Virus record (IMG/VR): IMGVR_UViG_2751185828_000002
DNA: 64,000 nucleotides
Origin: a virus
Lineage: Duplodnaviria > Caudoviricetes
Reading direction: 5' to 3' (one strand)
Part shown: piece by piece, positions 1-8,891 of the stretch
Numbering within the stretch: position 1 is the first letter of the stretch
Layout: the number at the start of each line of letters is the position of its first letter
The notes under the pieces: generated by a model
Seen by the model: the letters and a program-made list of their open reading frames with translations, nothing else
Databases searched by the model: none
What the model was told of the DNA's origin: nothing
Position numbers and translations under genes: made by a program

Positions 1-381
1 TTAGTCGAACACCCGCCCTGGTTGCTCGTCCCACGGCAGAGACGCCACGAAGCACAGGTCGTAGATGCTGATCGTCGAGGGCTCGCGGTGGACAACCAGC
101 CGCTCGAGCACCTCGGGCGCCAGCCACGCAAGCCGCAGGATGCGACTGACATAGCGATCGGAGAGGCCCTCGTCGGCGGCCAGATCGCTGAGCGTGGCGA
201 CGTCAGCGCGTTCCAGCCGCTGCCGCCAGCCCCATGCCCGGCCAATGGCGCGCAGGAGGTGGGGATCCTGCTCGCGGTCCATGGCGGCCTCGACATGCTT
301 CGGCGGCAGGATCCGGGGGCGACCGCCGCGACGGCGGATTTCTAGCGGGATGTGGATGCGAAGGGTCTCGGGCGCGGGCAT
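1..381 (-). CDS. Hypothetical protein coupled to the serine recombinase (C-terminal HTH-like segment)
   Basis: 126-aa ORF; TGATG overlap with the recombinase stop; typical codon usage. Confidence 0.75.
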   Translation of the reverse strand: MPAPETLRIHIPLEIRRRGGRPRILPPKHVEAAMDREQDPHLLRAIGRAWGWRQRLERADVATLSDLAADEGLSDRYVSRILRLAWLAPEVLERLVVHREPSTISIYDLCFVASLPWDEQPGRVFD

Positions 382-1703
382 CAGGCGACCTCCTTCTTCG
401 GCGGGGCCATCAGCGCAGCGATGGCGCCGAGGCCGTCGTGGCGCAGGTCAATGGCGAGGCCGGCCTCGCTCACCGTGATGCGGGCGACCAGCAGCTGGAC
501 GATGCGTGCCTGCTCGGCCGGGATGAGCGCCTTCCACAGGTCGTCGAACTGCGCCAGCGCGGCGACAACGGTGGTCTCATCGAGATCGGGGCGGTCCTTC
601 CGCACCGCCCGCGCCGTGCGCGCCGCCACCTCGGGCGTGCGCAACATGCGGCGGATCTCGCCGATCACGGCATCCTCGACCATGGCACCCGGCAGCCGCT
701 GCGGCCCGCGCAGTTCGGCCGCAGGGCGTTTCCGGATCACGTCCATCGAGGTGTAGTAGCAGTAGCGCTTGCCCTTCCGCTTGGTGTGGTGGGGCGTCAT
801 GGCGGCGCCAGTCTCGGTGAAGATCAGCCCGCGTAGGAGTGCTGGTTGTGCCGTTCGTGCCACCGCCGCCCGGGCGACGCGGTTGTTGGCCATCACGGCA
901 TGCGCCTCGTCCCACAGCTTCTGGTCGACGATAGCCGCGTGCTCGCCGGGATAGACCTCGTCCTTGTGCACGGCGAGGCCGAGGTAGACCTTGTTGTGCA
1001 GGAATTTCAGCAGGTAGCCGCGGTCGAACACTGCGCCGCGCTTGGTACGGATCCCGCGGGCGTGCAATTCCTTCAGCACCTGCGCCGTGGAGCTGGACCT
1101 CGCATAGAGGCGGAAGATCGTCCGGACCTGTTCGGCTTCGGCGGGCTCGATCACCAGCTTGCGCTCCTTGACCACATAGCCGAGTGGCACCGGACCGCCC
1201 ATCCACATACCCTTCCGCCGGGAGGCCGCAAACTTGTCGCGGATGCGCTCGCCGATCACCTCGCGTTCGAACTGGGCGAAGCTGAGCAGGATGTTCAGCG
1301 TCAGCCGCCCCATCGACGTTGTCGTGTTGAACGACTGCGTGACCGAGACGAAGGTGACGCCGTGGCGGTCGAAGATCTCGACCAGCTTCGAGAAATCCAT
1401 CAGCGCGCGGCTCAGACGGTCGATCTTGTAAACCACGACCACGTCGATCAGCCCGGCCTCGATGTCGGCGATCAGCTGTGCCAGCGCGGGGCGATCTAGC
1501 GTACCGCCCGAGAAGCCGCCATCGTCGTAGCGGTCGCGGAGCGCCACCCAGCCTACGGCGCGCTGCGAGGCGATGTAGGCCTCGCAGGCCTCGCGCTGTG
1601 CGTCGAGGCTGTTGAACTCCAAGTCGAGCCCTTCCTCGCTCGACTTGCGGGTGTAGATCGCGCAGCGCAGGCGGCGGACGGGTTCTGGCTTGGCGCGGCT
1701 CAT
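381..1703 (-). CDS. Large serine recombinase (resolvase + recombinase domains)
   Basis: CAIYTRKSS catalytic motif, YDDGGFSGGTLDRPAL, VVYKIDRLSR, QFEREVIGERI; start set to ATG 1703 (MSRAKPEP) within ORF 381..2366. Confidence 0.95.
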   Translation of the reverse strand: MSRAKPEPVRRLRCAIYTRKSSEEGLDLEFNSLDAQREACEAYIASQRAVGWVALRDRYDDGGFSGGTLDRPALAQLIADIEAGLIDVVVVYKIDRLSRALMDFSKLVEIFDRHGVTFVSVTQSFNTTTSMGRLTLNILLSFAQFEREVIGERIRDKFAASRRKGMWMGGPVPLGYVVKERKLVIEPAEAEQVRTIFRLYARSSSTAQVLKELHARGIRTKRGAVFDRGYLLKFLHNKVYLGLAVHKDEVYPGEHAAIVDQKLWDEAHAVMANNRVARAAVARTAQPALLRGLIFTETGAAMTPHHTKRKGKRYCYYTSMDVIRKRPAAELRGPQRLPGAMVEDAVIGEIRRMLRTPEVAARTARAVRKDRPDLDETTVVAALAQFDDLWKALIPAEQARIVQLLVARITVSEAGLAIDLRHDGLGAIAALMAPPKKEVA

Positions 1704-2200
1704 GGGCGGGCCTCGGCGCCATGCGCCAGCCCGAAGAACTTCCACCCGTTCCAGTGACTGCCGGTGATCGCGCGCACCGCGGCCGAGAGCGACTTGAAGC
1801 GCAGACCCTGCCATTCGAAACCTTCTGTCAGGACGGTGACGACATGCTCCTCGCCCTGCCACTCCCGCACCAACTTGGTGCCGGGGATCGGGCGGCGGGG
1901 ATCCGCGATCAGCGGACCCGGCGCGCCGGATGCGACCTCGGCCGCCAGCGCGTCCAGCGTGCGCCGCGTCGCGGGCTCGATCCCGCCATGGGCCAGTTCC
2001 TGGATGCGGTAGCCGATCCGCAGCTCCAGGTTCCCCCGGCTGGCGTTCGGCGCGGGCTCGCCGAACATGACCCGCCATTTGCCCTGCAGCTCGGGCACCG
2101 TCATGGCCTTCAGGGCGGCCAACTCGGCCAGGACGTCGATCCCCTCTGGCTGGCGTGCGAGCGCGGCCTTTGCTGCTGATTTCCTTGTATTTTTTTTCAT
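1700..2200 (-). CDS. DUF2924-family protein
   Basis: LELRIGYRIQELAHGG, GTKLVREWQG, SLSAAVRAITGSHWNGWKFFGL; 4-nt overlap with recombinase start. Confidence 0.85.
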   Translation of the reverse strand: MKKNTRKSAAKAALARQPEGIDVLAELAALKAMTVPELQGKWRVMFGEPAPNASRGNLELRIGYRIQELAHGGIEPATRRTLDALAAEVASGAPGPLIADPRRPIPGTKLVREWQGEEHVVTVLTEGFEWQGLRFKSLSAAVRAITGSHWNGWKFFGLAHGAEARP

Positions 2201-2415
2201 GCGTCGTCTCCAACTCGGTTTTGCACCTGTCTCCGACGACGGCGTCTGAGGGCGAGAATGTCCAGCGAACTGTCTCCGTCGAGCGGAGAATTCTCGTTCG
2301 TTTCCATTGGGTTCGTGCGCGCGATGGCGCTGGCGAGGATGGCGGCCAGCTCCGCCAGCCGCTCATCAGTCGTGAGCGTCTCGGCCGGCGGCGCGAAGGC
2401 GATGTCGTCTTGCAT
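2197..2415 (-). CDS. Small hypothetical protein
   Basis: 72-aa ORF overlapping the DUF2924 start by 4 nt. Confidence 0.5.
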   Translation of the reverse strand: MQDDIAFAPPAETLTTDERLAELAAILASAIARTNPMETNENSPLDGDSSLDILALRRRRRRQVQNRVGDDA

Positions 2416-2601
2416 GGGGAGCGAACCTCTTGAGGTGGCTTGCTCCGTGTTCGCCGGTTGCAGCGAGCGAATTCAAGTTAAAACAAGTGGTTGTCGTAGC
2501 GGAACGAAATTGATCGCATGAGATCGTGCGCGAGCATGCTCTCAGTTCTTCGCAGAGGGTAGAGCCTTCAGCGCACATGCCGCTCAAGCGCCATCTCAGG
2601 T

Positions 2602-3843
2602 TCAGAAGTCGTCTTCACCCGCCTCGTCGGTGTCATTGTCACCCCAGTCAAAGAATGCAAGGTCGATGTACGGCACACTTTCATCGACAATCCAGTTGAC
2701 GAGCTTGATGCCGATCTGAGGGGAGAAGAAATCAGGATTGCTTCCCGCCCTGTACTCTTGATCAAGGAGATCTAGGTGACGCTCACCAAATATACCCCAG
2801 GCAACAAAAGCTACATGATCAGCGCGGCGTTCCATAACGTCGCGAAGCGCAGGCCAAGTGAAGAACCCTTCAGTCCTGGGTGTGCAAAAGGCACGCAGAA
2901 AACGCTCGCCTTCGTTGGTGATGTCATTGAGGGAGTTTCCATGCCCCTCAGGCGAGAACTCGGAGACCATTCTAAGGAGTCTTCTTGAGATTTCTGCCAA
3001 ATCTTCGCCCTCTTGAAGTTCAAGAAGAAATCTATCCAGCCTATTGAACGAGGCGACGTTAAGCATTGTGATGTTGTAGGGCGCGAGACTCTCAGTCCAT
3101 AGATCACGCCATAGGAATGCAAATCCATGACTCCCCAAAGCATGACCCTTTGCAGCCATCGCAGACAAGGCAGATTTCATCTGTGGCAAGTGGGCACTCA
3201 GTCGGTCTCGATCGGGATTGTGTGAGTAGAGCTCATAGTCGTAGAGACATAGCTGATAACCGCCAACATGGTGTGGAGAAAGCTTCAGATCGACTTCAGC
3301 GCATCCCAAATCATCCGGAGTAACTACCTTGAGGCGAATGTCGGTGCCAACCAATTCCGGACGAAGGCAGATCAGTTTTCTTCCTCGCCAAAGGATGTCT
3401 TGAATGACATGTCGGCGCAGAAGAGTTGGCCACTCCACTGAGATTATCACGTTAACTATGTCGGAGTCCGATATGAATGGCATGTAATTATTCACCTCGG
3501 CGCAGTATGCTGAAAGTTCAGTACCTGCTTGCCGTGTCGGTCCAGATATATTCTTCAATTCAATGATTACGACGCTCTGCGTTTCTGGCGCATAAGCCAG
3601 AATATCCGGTCGGAGTATCTCTTTGGTCGAAATTGAAATGTTCTCATTTCTGGATATCACTTCCAGCATATTTAGAGATCGAAAGCAGTATTCAAAGCTT
3701 TCCAGAACCTTCTTGAATGACCAAGAGGCGTTTCTTGCAGTTCTAAAGTCAAACTCTTCTATCAGTTCAGTGAGGCCTTCTCGCTCGGCAAGCTCGCGTT
3801 CAAGCCAATCCTGCATCTCACCTTCATCGTCAAACATCTTCAT
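2602..3843 (-). CDS. AT-rich cargo protein with N-terminal PD-(D/E)XK (NucS/RecB-like) nuclease domain
   Basis: DEGEMQDWL...RPDILAY...VIIELK...QAGTELSAY; about 40-45% GC in lines counted. Confidence 0.7.
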   Translation of the reverse strand: MKMFDDEGEMQDWLERELAEREGLTELIEEFDFRTARNASWSFKKVLESFEYCFRSLNMLEVISRNENISISTKEILRPDILAYAPETQSVVIIELKNISGPTRQAGTELSAYCAEVNNYMPFISDSDIVNVIISVEWPTLLRRHVIQDILWRGRKLICLRPELVGTDIRLKVVTPDDLGCAEVDLKLSPHHVGGYQLCLYDYELYSHNPDRDRLSAHLPQMKSALSAMAAKGHALGSHGFAFLWRDLWTESLAPYNITMLNVASFNRLDRFLLELQEGEDLAEISRRLLRMVSEFSPEGHGNSLNDITNEGERFLRAFCTPRTEGFFTWPALRDVMERRADHVAFVAWGIFGERHLDLLDQEYRAGSNPDFFSPQIGIKLVNWIVDESVPYIDLAFFDWGDNDTDEAGEDDF

Positions 3844-3875
3844 CGTCGATTTTCCAACCTACTGAAACGACTTAG

Positions 3876-4607
3876 TCAGTGCCGCGTCGCCCCACGCACC
3901 AGCCGATCCGTGTCCAGCCTCAACGCCGCCCGCCACAGCGGTGTCTTCATGAACACCGCGTCCTCGAACCGATATCTGGGGTTTCCGCGCTCCTGCTGCA
4001 GAATTCCCGCCCAGCAGAGCGGGCGCAGCACCTGGATGTAGAGCTGTCCCATAACCTCGTCGTAGCGCGGGAGTGGTCCCGTCTCGGGCTCGCCGAAGAG
4101 CGCGCGGCGGAGGTAGGCGCCGGTCGCGCCATCCTCAGTCTCGACATTCAGCACGTTCAGGAACAGGTCCCAGTTGCCAAGGATCGGCGCGTCGTCGAAG
4201 CGCGACATGCTGGCGTGGTTGATCCGGAACAGGAAGAACGGGACGACCATGCCGAAGATGCGGCCGGGATGATCGACCAGCGCTTGGCCGGTTTTCGTCA
4301 GGCGGAACTCGCCCTTGTAGTGTCGGCCAAGCTTCATCGCGATCATCAGGTCGTGCAGCACCATCAGCGGGGCGAAGTCGGGCTCGTTCAGCACCTTGTT
4401 GACGGCGAAGAGGTCCGCCTCTGTGTGGCCGGGCCAGTCGAACGCGGCCGCGGCCCAGTGCACGAATAACCGCTTGAAGGCCTTGGACGGCGTCAGGGGA
4501 ATACCGCCATTCTCGCCGATCCAGGCGAAGGTCTTCTCCATGCCGCGCACCAGCGGCGAGAACGCAAGCGCCGGATCGGCATCGTCGATCTCCCGAAACG
4601 CGATCAC
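3876..4607 (-). CDS. Conserved hypothetical protein directly downstream of the repressor
   Basis: 243-aa ORF starting 1 nt after the repressor stop. Confidence 0.75.
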   Translation of the reverse strand: MIAFREIDDADPALAFSPLVRGMEKTFAWIGENGGIPLTPSKAFKRLFVHWAAAAFDWPGHTEADLFAVNKVLNEPDFAPLMVLHDLMIAMKLGRHYKGEFRLTKTGQALVDHPGRIFGMVVPFFLFRINHASMSRFDDAPILGNWDLFLNVLNVETEDGATGAYLRRALFGEPETGPLPRYDEVMGQLYIQVLRPLCWAGILQQERGNPRYRFEDAVFMKTPLWRAALRLDTDRLVRGATRH

Positions 4608-4608
4608 C

Positions 4609-5286
4609 TCAGATCTCCCGCGCGAACCAACGGATGCGGCCGACGATGTGAATCTCGTCGGCCGTTCTTTCGTACTCGGGGTAGTGCTTGTTGTCGGAGA
4701 TGACGCGCACCGCGGGCGGGTCGCTGTTCGGGATGTGCTCGAGCCGCTTGGCCACCAGCCCCATCCCGTCGTCCAGCACGAAGATTCCGGGCGGGTTGGG
4801 CGCGCGGCGGGTCATGTCGACAAGCACCGCGTCTCCGCTCAGGAGCGTCGGCGCCATGCTGTCGCCCTCCACATGCATGATGCGCAGCTGCGACGGGCTG
4901 GCCTTAAGCTTGTGGCGGACCCACGACTGGCGGAAGTGATAAACACGGCCGGGCGTGTCGCCGTCCTCGGTCACAACCGCGCCGCCGCCCATCGCGGGGC
5001 GCGGGGTGGCGTGGGCGATGGCCACGAAGGCGTCGTCGGGATTGTCCACGAAGGGGGGCGTGCCCTCGACCTCGCCGATGCCGTGGATCAGCCAGTCGCG
5101 GTCCACCTTCAGCACGCGGGCGACCTCGGCCAGCCGGTCGATGCCGGGGCGCGCGGAGCGGCCGCGCAGGATGTCGTAGACGAAGGAGCGGTTCACGCCG
5201 GCCATCTCGGCGACATGGGCAGGCGTCAGACCGAGCTGTTGGGCGCGGGCCCGCAGGCGGTCGGCCAGGGTATGCTGCTCGGTCAT
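4609..5286 (-). CDS. CI-like repressor (XRE HTH + S24 peptidase)
   Basis: N-terminal HTH (HVAEMAGVNRSFVYDILRG); VEGDSMAPT serine motif; VAKRL lysine; start ATG 5286. Confidence 0.92.
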   Translation of the reverse strand: MTEQHTLADRLRARAQQLGLTPAHVAEMAGVNRSFVYDILRGRSARPGIDRLAEVARVLKVDRDWLIHGIGEVEGTPPFVDNPDDAFVAIAHATPRPAMGGGAVVTEDGDTPGRVYHFRQSWVRHKLKASPSQLRIMHVEGDSMAPTLLSGDAVLVDMTRRAPNPPGIFVLDDGMGLVAKRLEHIPNSDPPAVRVISDNKHYPEYERTADEIHIVGRIRWFAREI

Positions 5287-5328
5287 GTTTTCCCCAAGGG
5301 TATGTGGATGAAATAGGATAAAACAGGA

Positions 5329-5368
5329 TTGATGCGGACCCGTCAAGCGATTAGAACAAAACCTAAAC
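5329..5368 (+). promoter_or_regulatory. Candidate rightward promoter (TTGATG-N17-TAGAAC) overlapped by an alphaproteobacterial LexA-like box (GAAC-N7-AAAC, 5354-5368)
   Basis: Read directly in the divergent intergenic region; one mismatch to GAAC-N7-GAAC. Confidence 0.45.
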
Positions 5369-5395
5369 AATCGCACATGGGAATCGGGGGTCCGG

Positions 5396-6079
5396 ATGGA
5401 GATCGAGAAGTCGTATTTCACCCTGCCGGAGATCCTCGAGCGCTGGTCCATGTCCGAGGCGGACCTCGTCTACCTGGCCGAGAACGACCAGCTGCGACTG
5501 TCGATCCGGGTGTTCCATCTCCCTCTGGAGTTCGGTGACTACGAGGAAACGCAGGACGGCGAGCGCTTCTCCGTCCCCTGGGAGCAGGGATGTTTCAACG
5601 GGCTGCTCGACCTGCACGTCCATGACGTGTTCCAGCTGTTCCGCCATGGCGAGGTGCGGGTCGGGCATTTCCGAACCCCGCGCGCCGACTACGCCAGTCT
5701 CTGGGGTGCGCGCGAGCAGATCACCGTGCGCAAGCGTGACGTGCTGCTAAGGCGCGAGGAACGCGATCGGTTTGAGGCGGAGACCGGATTCGCAGGCGCG
5801 GCGACAGGACCAATGCCTGGTGCCTTCCATGCCTCGGCCGACTACCAGGATGTCCGCCGCAACGGTCAGCACTTCCGGCTGGGCGCGATCCAGGCGCAGG
5901 TCGTGCGTGCGCTGCACGAGGCGGCGCGACGCGGCGAGCCCTGGCAGAGCGGCAAGGCGATCCTCGCCGCGGCGGGCTCGCGCAGCCTCAAGATGTCCGA
6001 CGTTTTCAAGTCGAAGAAGAACTGGCGCCTCCTGATCGAGTCGGACGGCCGCGGCGCCTATCGCCTGCTCGGGCTCTGA
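5396..6079 (+). CDS. Hypothetical early protein, probably DNA-binding
   Basis: 227-aa ORF divergent from the repressor; HTH-like N-terminus. Confidence 0.75.
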   Translation: MEIEKSYFTLPEILERWSMSEADLVYLAENDQLRLSIRVFHLPLEFGDYEETQDGERFSVPWEQGCFNGLLDLHVHDVFQLFRHGEVRVGHFRTPRADYASLWGAREQITVRKRDVLLRREERDRFEAETGFAGAATGPMPGAFHASADYQDVRRNGQHFRLGAIQAQVVRALHEAARRGEPWQSGKAILAAAGSRSLKMSDVFKSKKNWRLLIESDGRGAYRLLGL

Positions 6080-6088
6080 TCTCGCGCC

Positions 6089-6251
6089 ATCCCTCCCATC
6101 CGCGCGCCCTCCCGATCCCTGCGGTGGGATGCGCCGGGGGATGAGAGGGGGATGGCGATCCCCCACAGAGCCGTTCTCCCTTGGATTGAAAAGCTCCTGA
6201 CAATCCCCCTCCGCATCCCACTCCGATCCTGACGACATCCCCTCGCGGGAT
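6089..6251. repeat. Array of 10 ATCCC/GGGAT pentamers with an imperfect 19-bp inverted repeat (6124-6142 / 6203-6221)
   Basis: Copies start at 6089, 6115, 6126, 6138, 6149, 6158, 6203, 6215, 6237, 6247. Confidence 0.7.
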
Positions 6252-6285
6252 TTCGCATCGTGCTCCCGACAAACGACACCGGGAG

Positions 6286-6498
6286 ATGACGATGCAGCAG
6301 AAGACCTGCCTCACACAGAAGGAGCTCGCGCGGCGCTGGACGATCTCGCACCGCACGCTCGAGCGCTGGCGATGGGCAGGGGAAGGCCCCGCCTACATGA
6401 AACTCGGCGGCCGGGTGGTCTACCGGCTCGAGGACATCCTGGCCTTCGAGAAGGACCAGCTCACGCATACCGCCGACAGCGCGCGGGGGGCGGCATGA
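6286..6498 (+). CDS. Excisionase/AlpA-like HTH protein
   Basis: LTQKELARRWTISHRTLERWRWAGEGPAYMKLGGRVVYRLEDI. Confidence 0.85.
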   Translation: MTMQQKTCLTQKELARRWTISHRTLERWRWAGEGPAYMKLGGRVVYRLEDILAFEKDQLTHTADSARGAA

Positions 6499-6860
6499 TG
6501 GAACGCCGTTCCGCCATCCACGGCAGCCGCGTCGTGTCGATCTTCGGCGCCGCCGGTCCCGCGCTCGACGAGGTGGGGTTTTCCGCCTGGATCGCGCAGG
6601 CCGCCCCGGGCGAGGCGCTGGTCTATCACCGCGGGTTCCTCGCCGTCGACGCCACCGGGGCCGTCTCGAACCTCACGCCCGAGCGCCAGCGCACCGTGCG
6701 CGGTGTCGCGGCCGCCGCCTTTCGCGCCGCCGAGCAGCGGCTCGTCCACCTCGTGCAGGCCCGGCTCGGCCCCGACCACTTCGCCTACATCGCCGTCGCC
6801 CGGCCGAATCCCGGCCCCGCTGGCGCCGCCCTTTCGATGCGCCTCCTCGAGGCCGCCTGA
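6495..6860 (+). CDS. Hypothetical phage protein
   Basis: ATGA overlap with the previous gene; 121 aa. Confidence 0.7.
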   Translation: MMERRSAIHGSRVVSIFGAAGPALDEVGFSAWIAQAAPGEALVYHRGFLAVDATGAVSNLTPERQRTVRGVAAAAFRAAEQRLVHLVQARLGPDHFAYIAVARPNPGPAGAALSMRLLEAA

Positions 6861-6886
6861 CCCTATCCCCAATCACGGAGGCCCCC

Positions 6887-7375
6887 ATGCCATTCCCGCA
6901 GAACACCCCCAGGATCGACGAGTTGATCAACCTGCCCGCAGGCGAGATCGCCCAGCTTCCGGTCGAGCTTCTGGCCGCAATGCAGCACGAGATCGACGCT
7001 GCCGCGAAGCAGATGAAGGCCGTCACCGCGCGCTTCTCGACGGCCCTCGAGGTCCGTTACGCTGCCCGCGCCGCCGAAGCCCGCCGCGCTTGCGGCAAGG
7101 ATACCGGCACTGTCCGCCTTGCCGATGGCGATTTCACCGTGGTCGCCGATCTGCCGAAGCGTGTCGAATGGGACCAGACCCAGCTCTCCGCCATGGTCGA
7201 GCGCATCCGCGCCGCCGGCGACGACCCATCCGAATACGTCGAGATCAGCTTCAAGGTGCCCGAGCGCGCCTATGTCGCATGGCCCGAGGCGATCCGCCAA
7301 GGCTTCGAGCCCGCCCGCACCGTGAAGACCGGCACGCTGAAGATCGCGATCCTGCCGCAGGAGGACCACGCGTGA
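6887..7375 (+). CDS. Hypothetical phage protein
   Basis: GGAGG RBS; 162 aa; in operon. Confidence 0.75.
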   Translation: MPFPQNTPRIDELINLPAGEIAQLPVELLAAMQHEIDAAAKQMKAVTARFSTALEVRYAARAAEARRACGKDTGTVRLADGDFTVVADLPKRVEWDQTQLSAMVERIRAAGDDPSEYVEISFKVPERAYVAWPEAIRQGFEPARTVKTGTLKIAILPQEDHA

Positions 7376-8262
7376 GCCTCCCCATCATCACCGCCGATCA
7401 GCGGCTGGCAGAGACGCGGGGCGTCAAGGGCGTGATCTTCGGCCGCTCCGGGATCGGCAAGACCAGCCTGCTCTGGACGCTGGAAGCCTCGACCATGCTG
7501 TTCTTTGACCTCGAGGCGGGCGACCTCGCCATCGAGGGAATGCTCATCGACGTGGTTCGGCCGCGCACCTGGAAGGAGTGTCGGGACTTCGCGGTTTTCA
7601 TCGGCGGCCCGAACCCGGCGCTCCGGCCCGAACAGCCCTACAGCCAGGCGCATTTCGACGAGGTGTGCGGGCGGTTCGGAGATCCGCGCGTCCTCGCGAA
7701 ATACGACACCGTCTTCATCGATTCGATCACCGTGGCCGGACGGCTCTGCTTCCAGTGGTGCCGCGGGCAGCCGGAGGCGCATTCGGAGAAGACCGGCAAG
7801 CCGGACGTGCGCGGCGCCTACGGGCTGCACGGGCGCGAGATGATCGGCTGGCTGACCCACCTCCAGCACACGCGCGGCAAGAATGTCTGGTTCGTCGGGA
7901 TCCTCGACGAGAAGCTCGACGACTTCAATCGCAAGGTCTTCGTCCCGCAGATCGACGGCTCGAAGACCGGACTCGAGCTGCCCGGCATCGTCGATCAGGT
8001 CATCACCATGGCCAGCCTGCCAGACGAGATGAACCGGCCTCAGCGCGCCTTCGTCTGCCAGACGCTGAACCCGTGGGGCTACCCGGCCAAGGACCGCTCC
8101 GGCCGCCTCGACCTGGTCGAAGAGCCCCATCTCGGCCGGCTGATGGAGAAGATCCGCGGCCCGCTGATCCCTGCGGAACGGCGGCTGACCTATTCGCCGC
8201 CGCAGCTGCCCCCGCCGCCCGGTCCGACGGCGACCGACACCCATTCCTATCCCACCAACTGA
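7372..8262 (+). CDS. AAA_24-type ATP-binding protein (Sak4-like recombination ATPase)
   Basis: GTG start overlapping the previous stop; Walker A GRSGIGKT; VFIDSIT. Confidence 0.85.
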   Translation: MSLPIITADQRLAETRGVKGVIFGRSGIGKTSLLWTLEASTMLFFDLEAGDLAIEGMLIDVVRPRTWKECRDFAVFIGGPNPALRPEQPYSQAHFDEVCGRFGDPRVLAKYDTVFIDSITVAGRLCFQWCRGQPEAHSEKTGKPDVRGAYGLHGREMIGWLTHLQHTRGKNVWFVGILDEKLDDFNRKVFVPQIDGSKTGLELPGIVDQVITMASLPDEMNRPQRAFVCQTLNPWGYPAKDRSGRLDLVEEPHLGRLMEKIRGPLIPAERRLTYSPPQLPPPPGPTATDTHSYPTN

Positions 8263-8275
8263 AAGGACCCGAGCC

Positions 8276-8881
8276 ATGTCCGGTCTCTGGAACGATTTCA
8301 ACGACGCGCAGTCCAACACCAACATCATCCCCAAGGGCACGCTGGCCAAGGTGCGGCTGACGATCCGCCCCGGCGGCTTCGACGACCCGTCGCAGGGCTG
8401 GACCGGGGGCTATGCCACCCGCGGCTCGACCGGGGCTGTCTACCTCAACGGCGAGTTCACGGTCACCGAGGGCCAATACGCCCGGCGCAAGATCTTCACG
8501 CTGATCGGGCTCTACAGCCCCAAGGGGCCCGACTGGGCCAACATGGGTCGCAGCCTCGTGCGCGGGATGCTGAACTCGGCGCGCGGGATTTCCGACAAGG
8601 ATCAGTCCCCACAGGCGCAGGCGGCGCGGCGCATAAACGGTTTCGCCGATCTCGACGGGATCGAGTTCATCGCCCGGATCGACGTCGGCACCGACGCCAT
8701 GGGCGAGGAAAAGAACGAGATCCGCGCCGCAGTCACGCCCGACCATCGCGACTACGCGCAGGTGATGGGGCTGGCGGCGCAGCACGGCTACCAGCCGCCC
8801 GCGCAGACGGCGCCCCAGCAGGCGCCGGTCCAGCAGCGCGCGACATCGCCGGTGCCGGGCCGTCCGGCCTGGGCTGAGTAG
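8276..8881 (+). CDS. Putative single-stranded DNA-binding (DUF669-like) protein
   Basis: Position after the ATPase; Q/P-rich C-terminal tail ending PAWAE. Confidence 0.55.
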   Translation: MSGLWNDFNDAQSNTNIIPKGTLAKVRLTIRPGGFDDPSQGWTGGYATRGSTGAVYLNGEFTVTEGQYARRKIFTLIGLYSPKGPDWANMGRSLVRGMLNSARGISDKDQSPQAQAARRINGFADLDGIEFIARIDVGTDAMGEEKNEIRAAVTPDHRDYAQVMGLAAQHGYQPPAQTAPQQAPVQQRATSPVPGRPAWAE

Positions 8882-8891
8882 AGGGCGCGCG

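Noticed and set aside
1704-2366. N-terminal extension of the 661-aa recombinase ORF
   Set aside because: Low-complexity alternate frame over DUF2924; recombinase motifs start after ATG 1703
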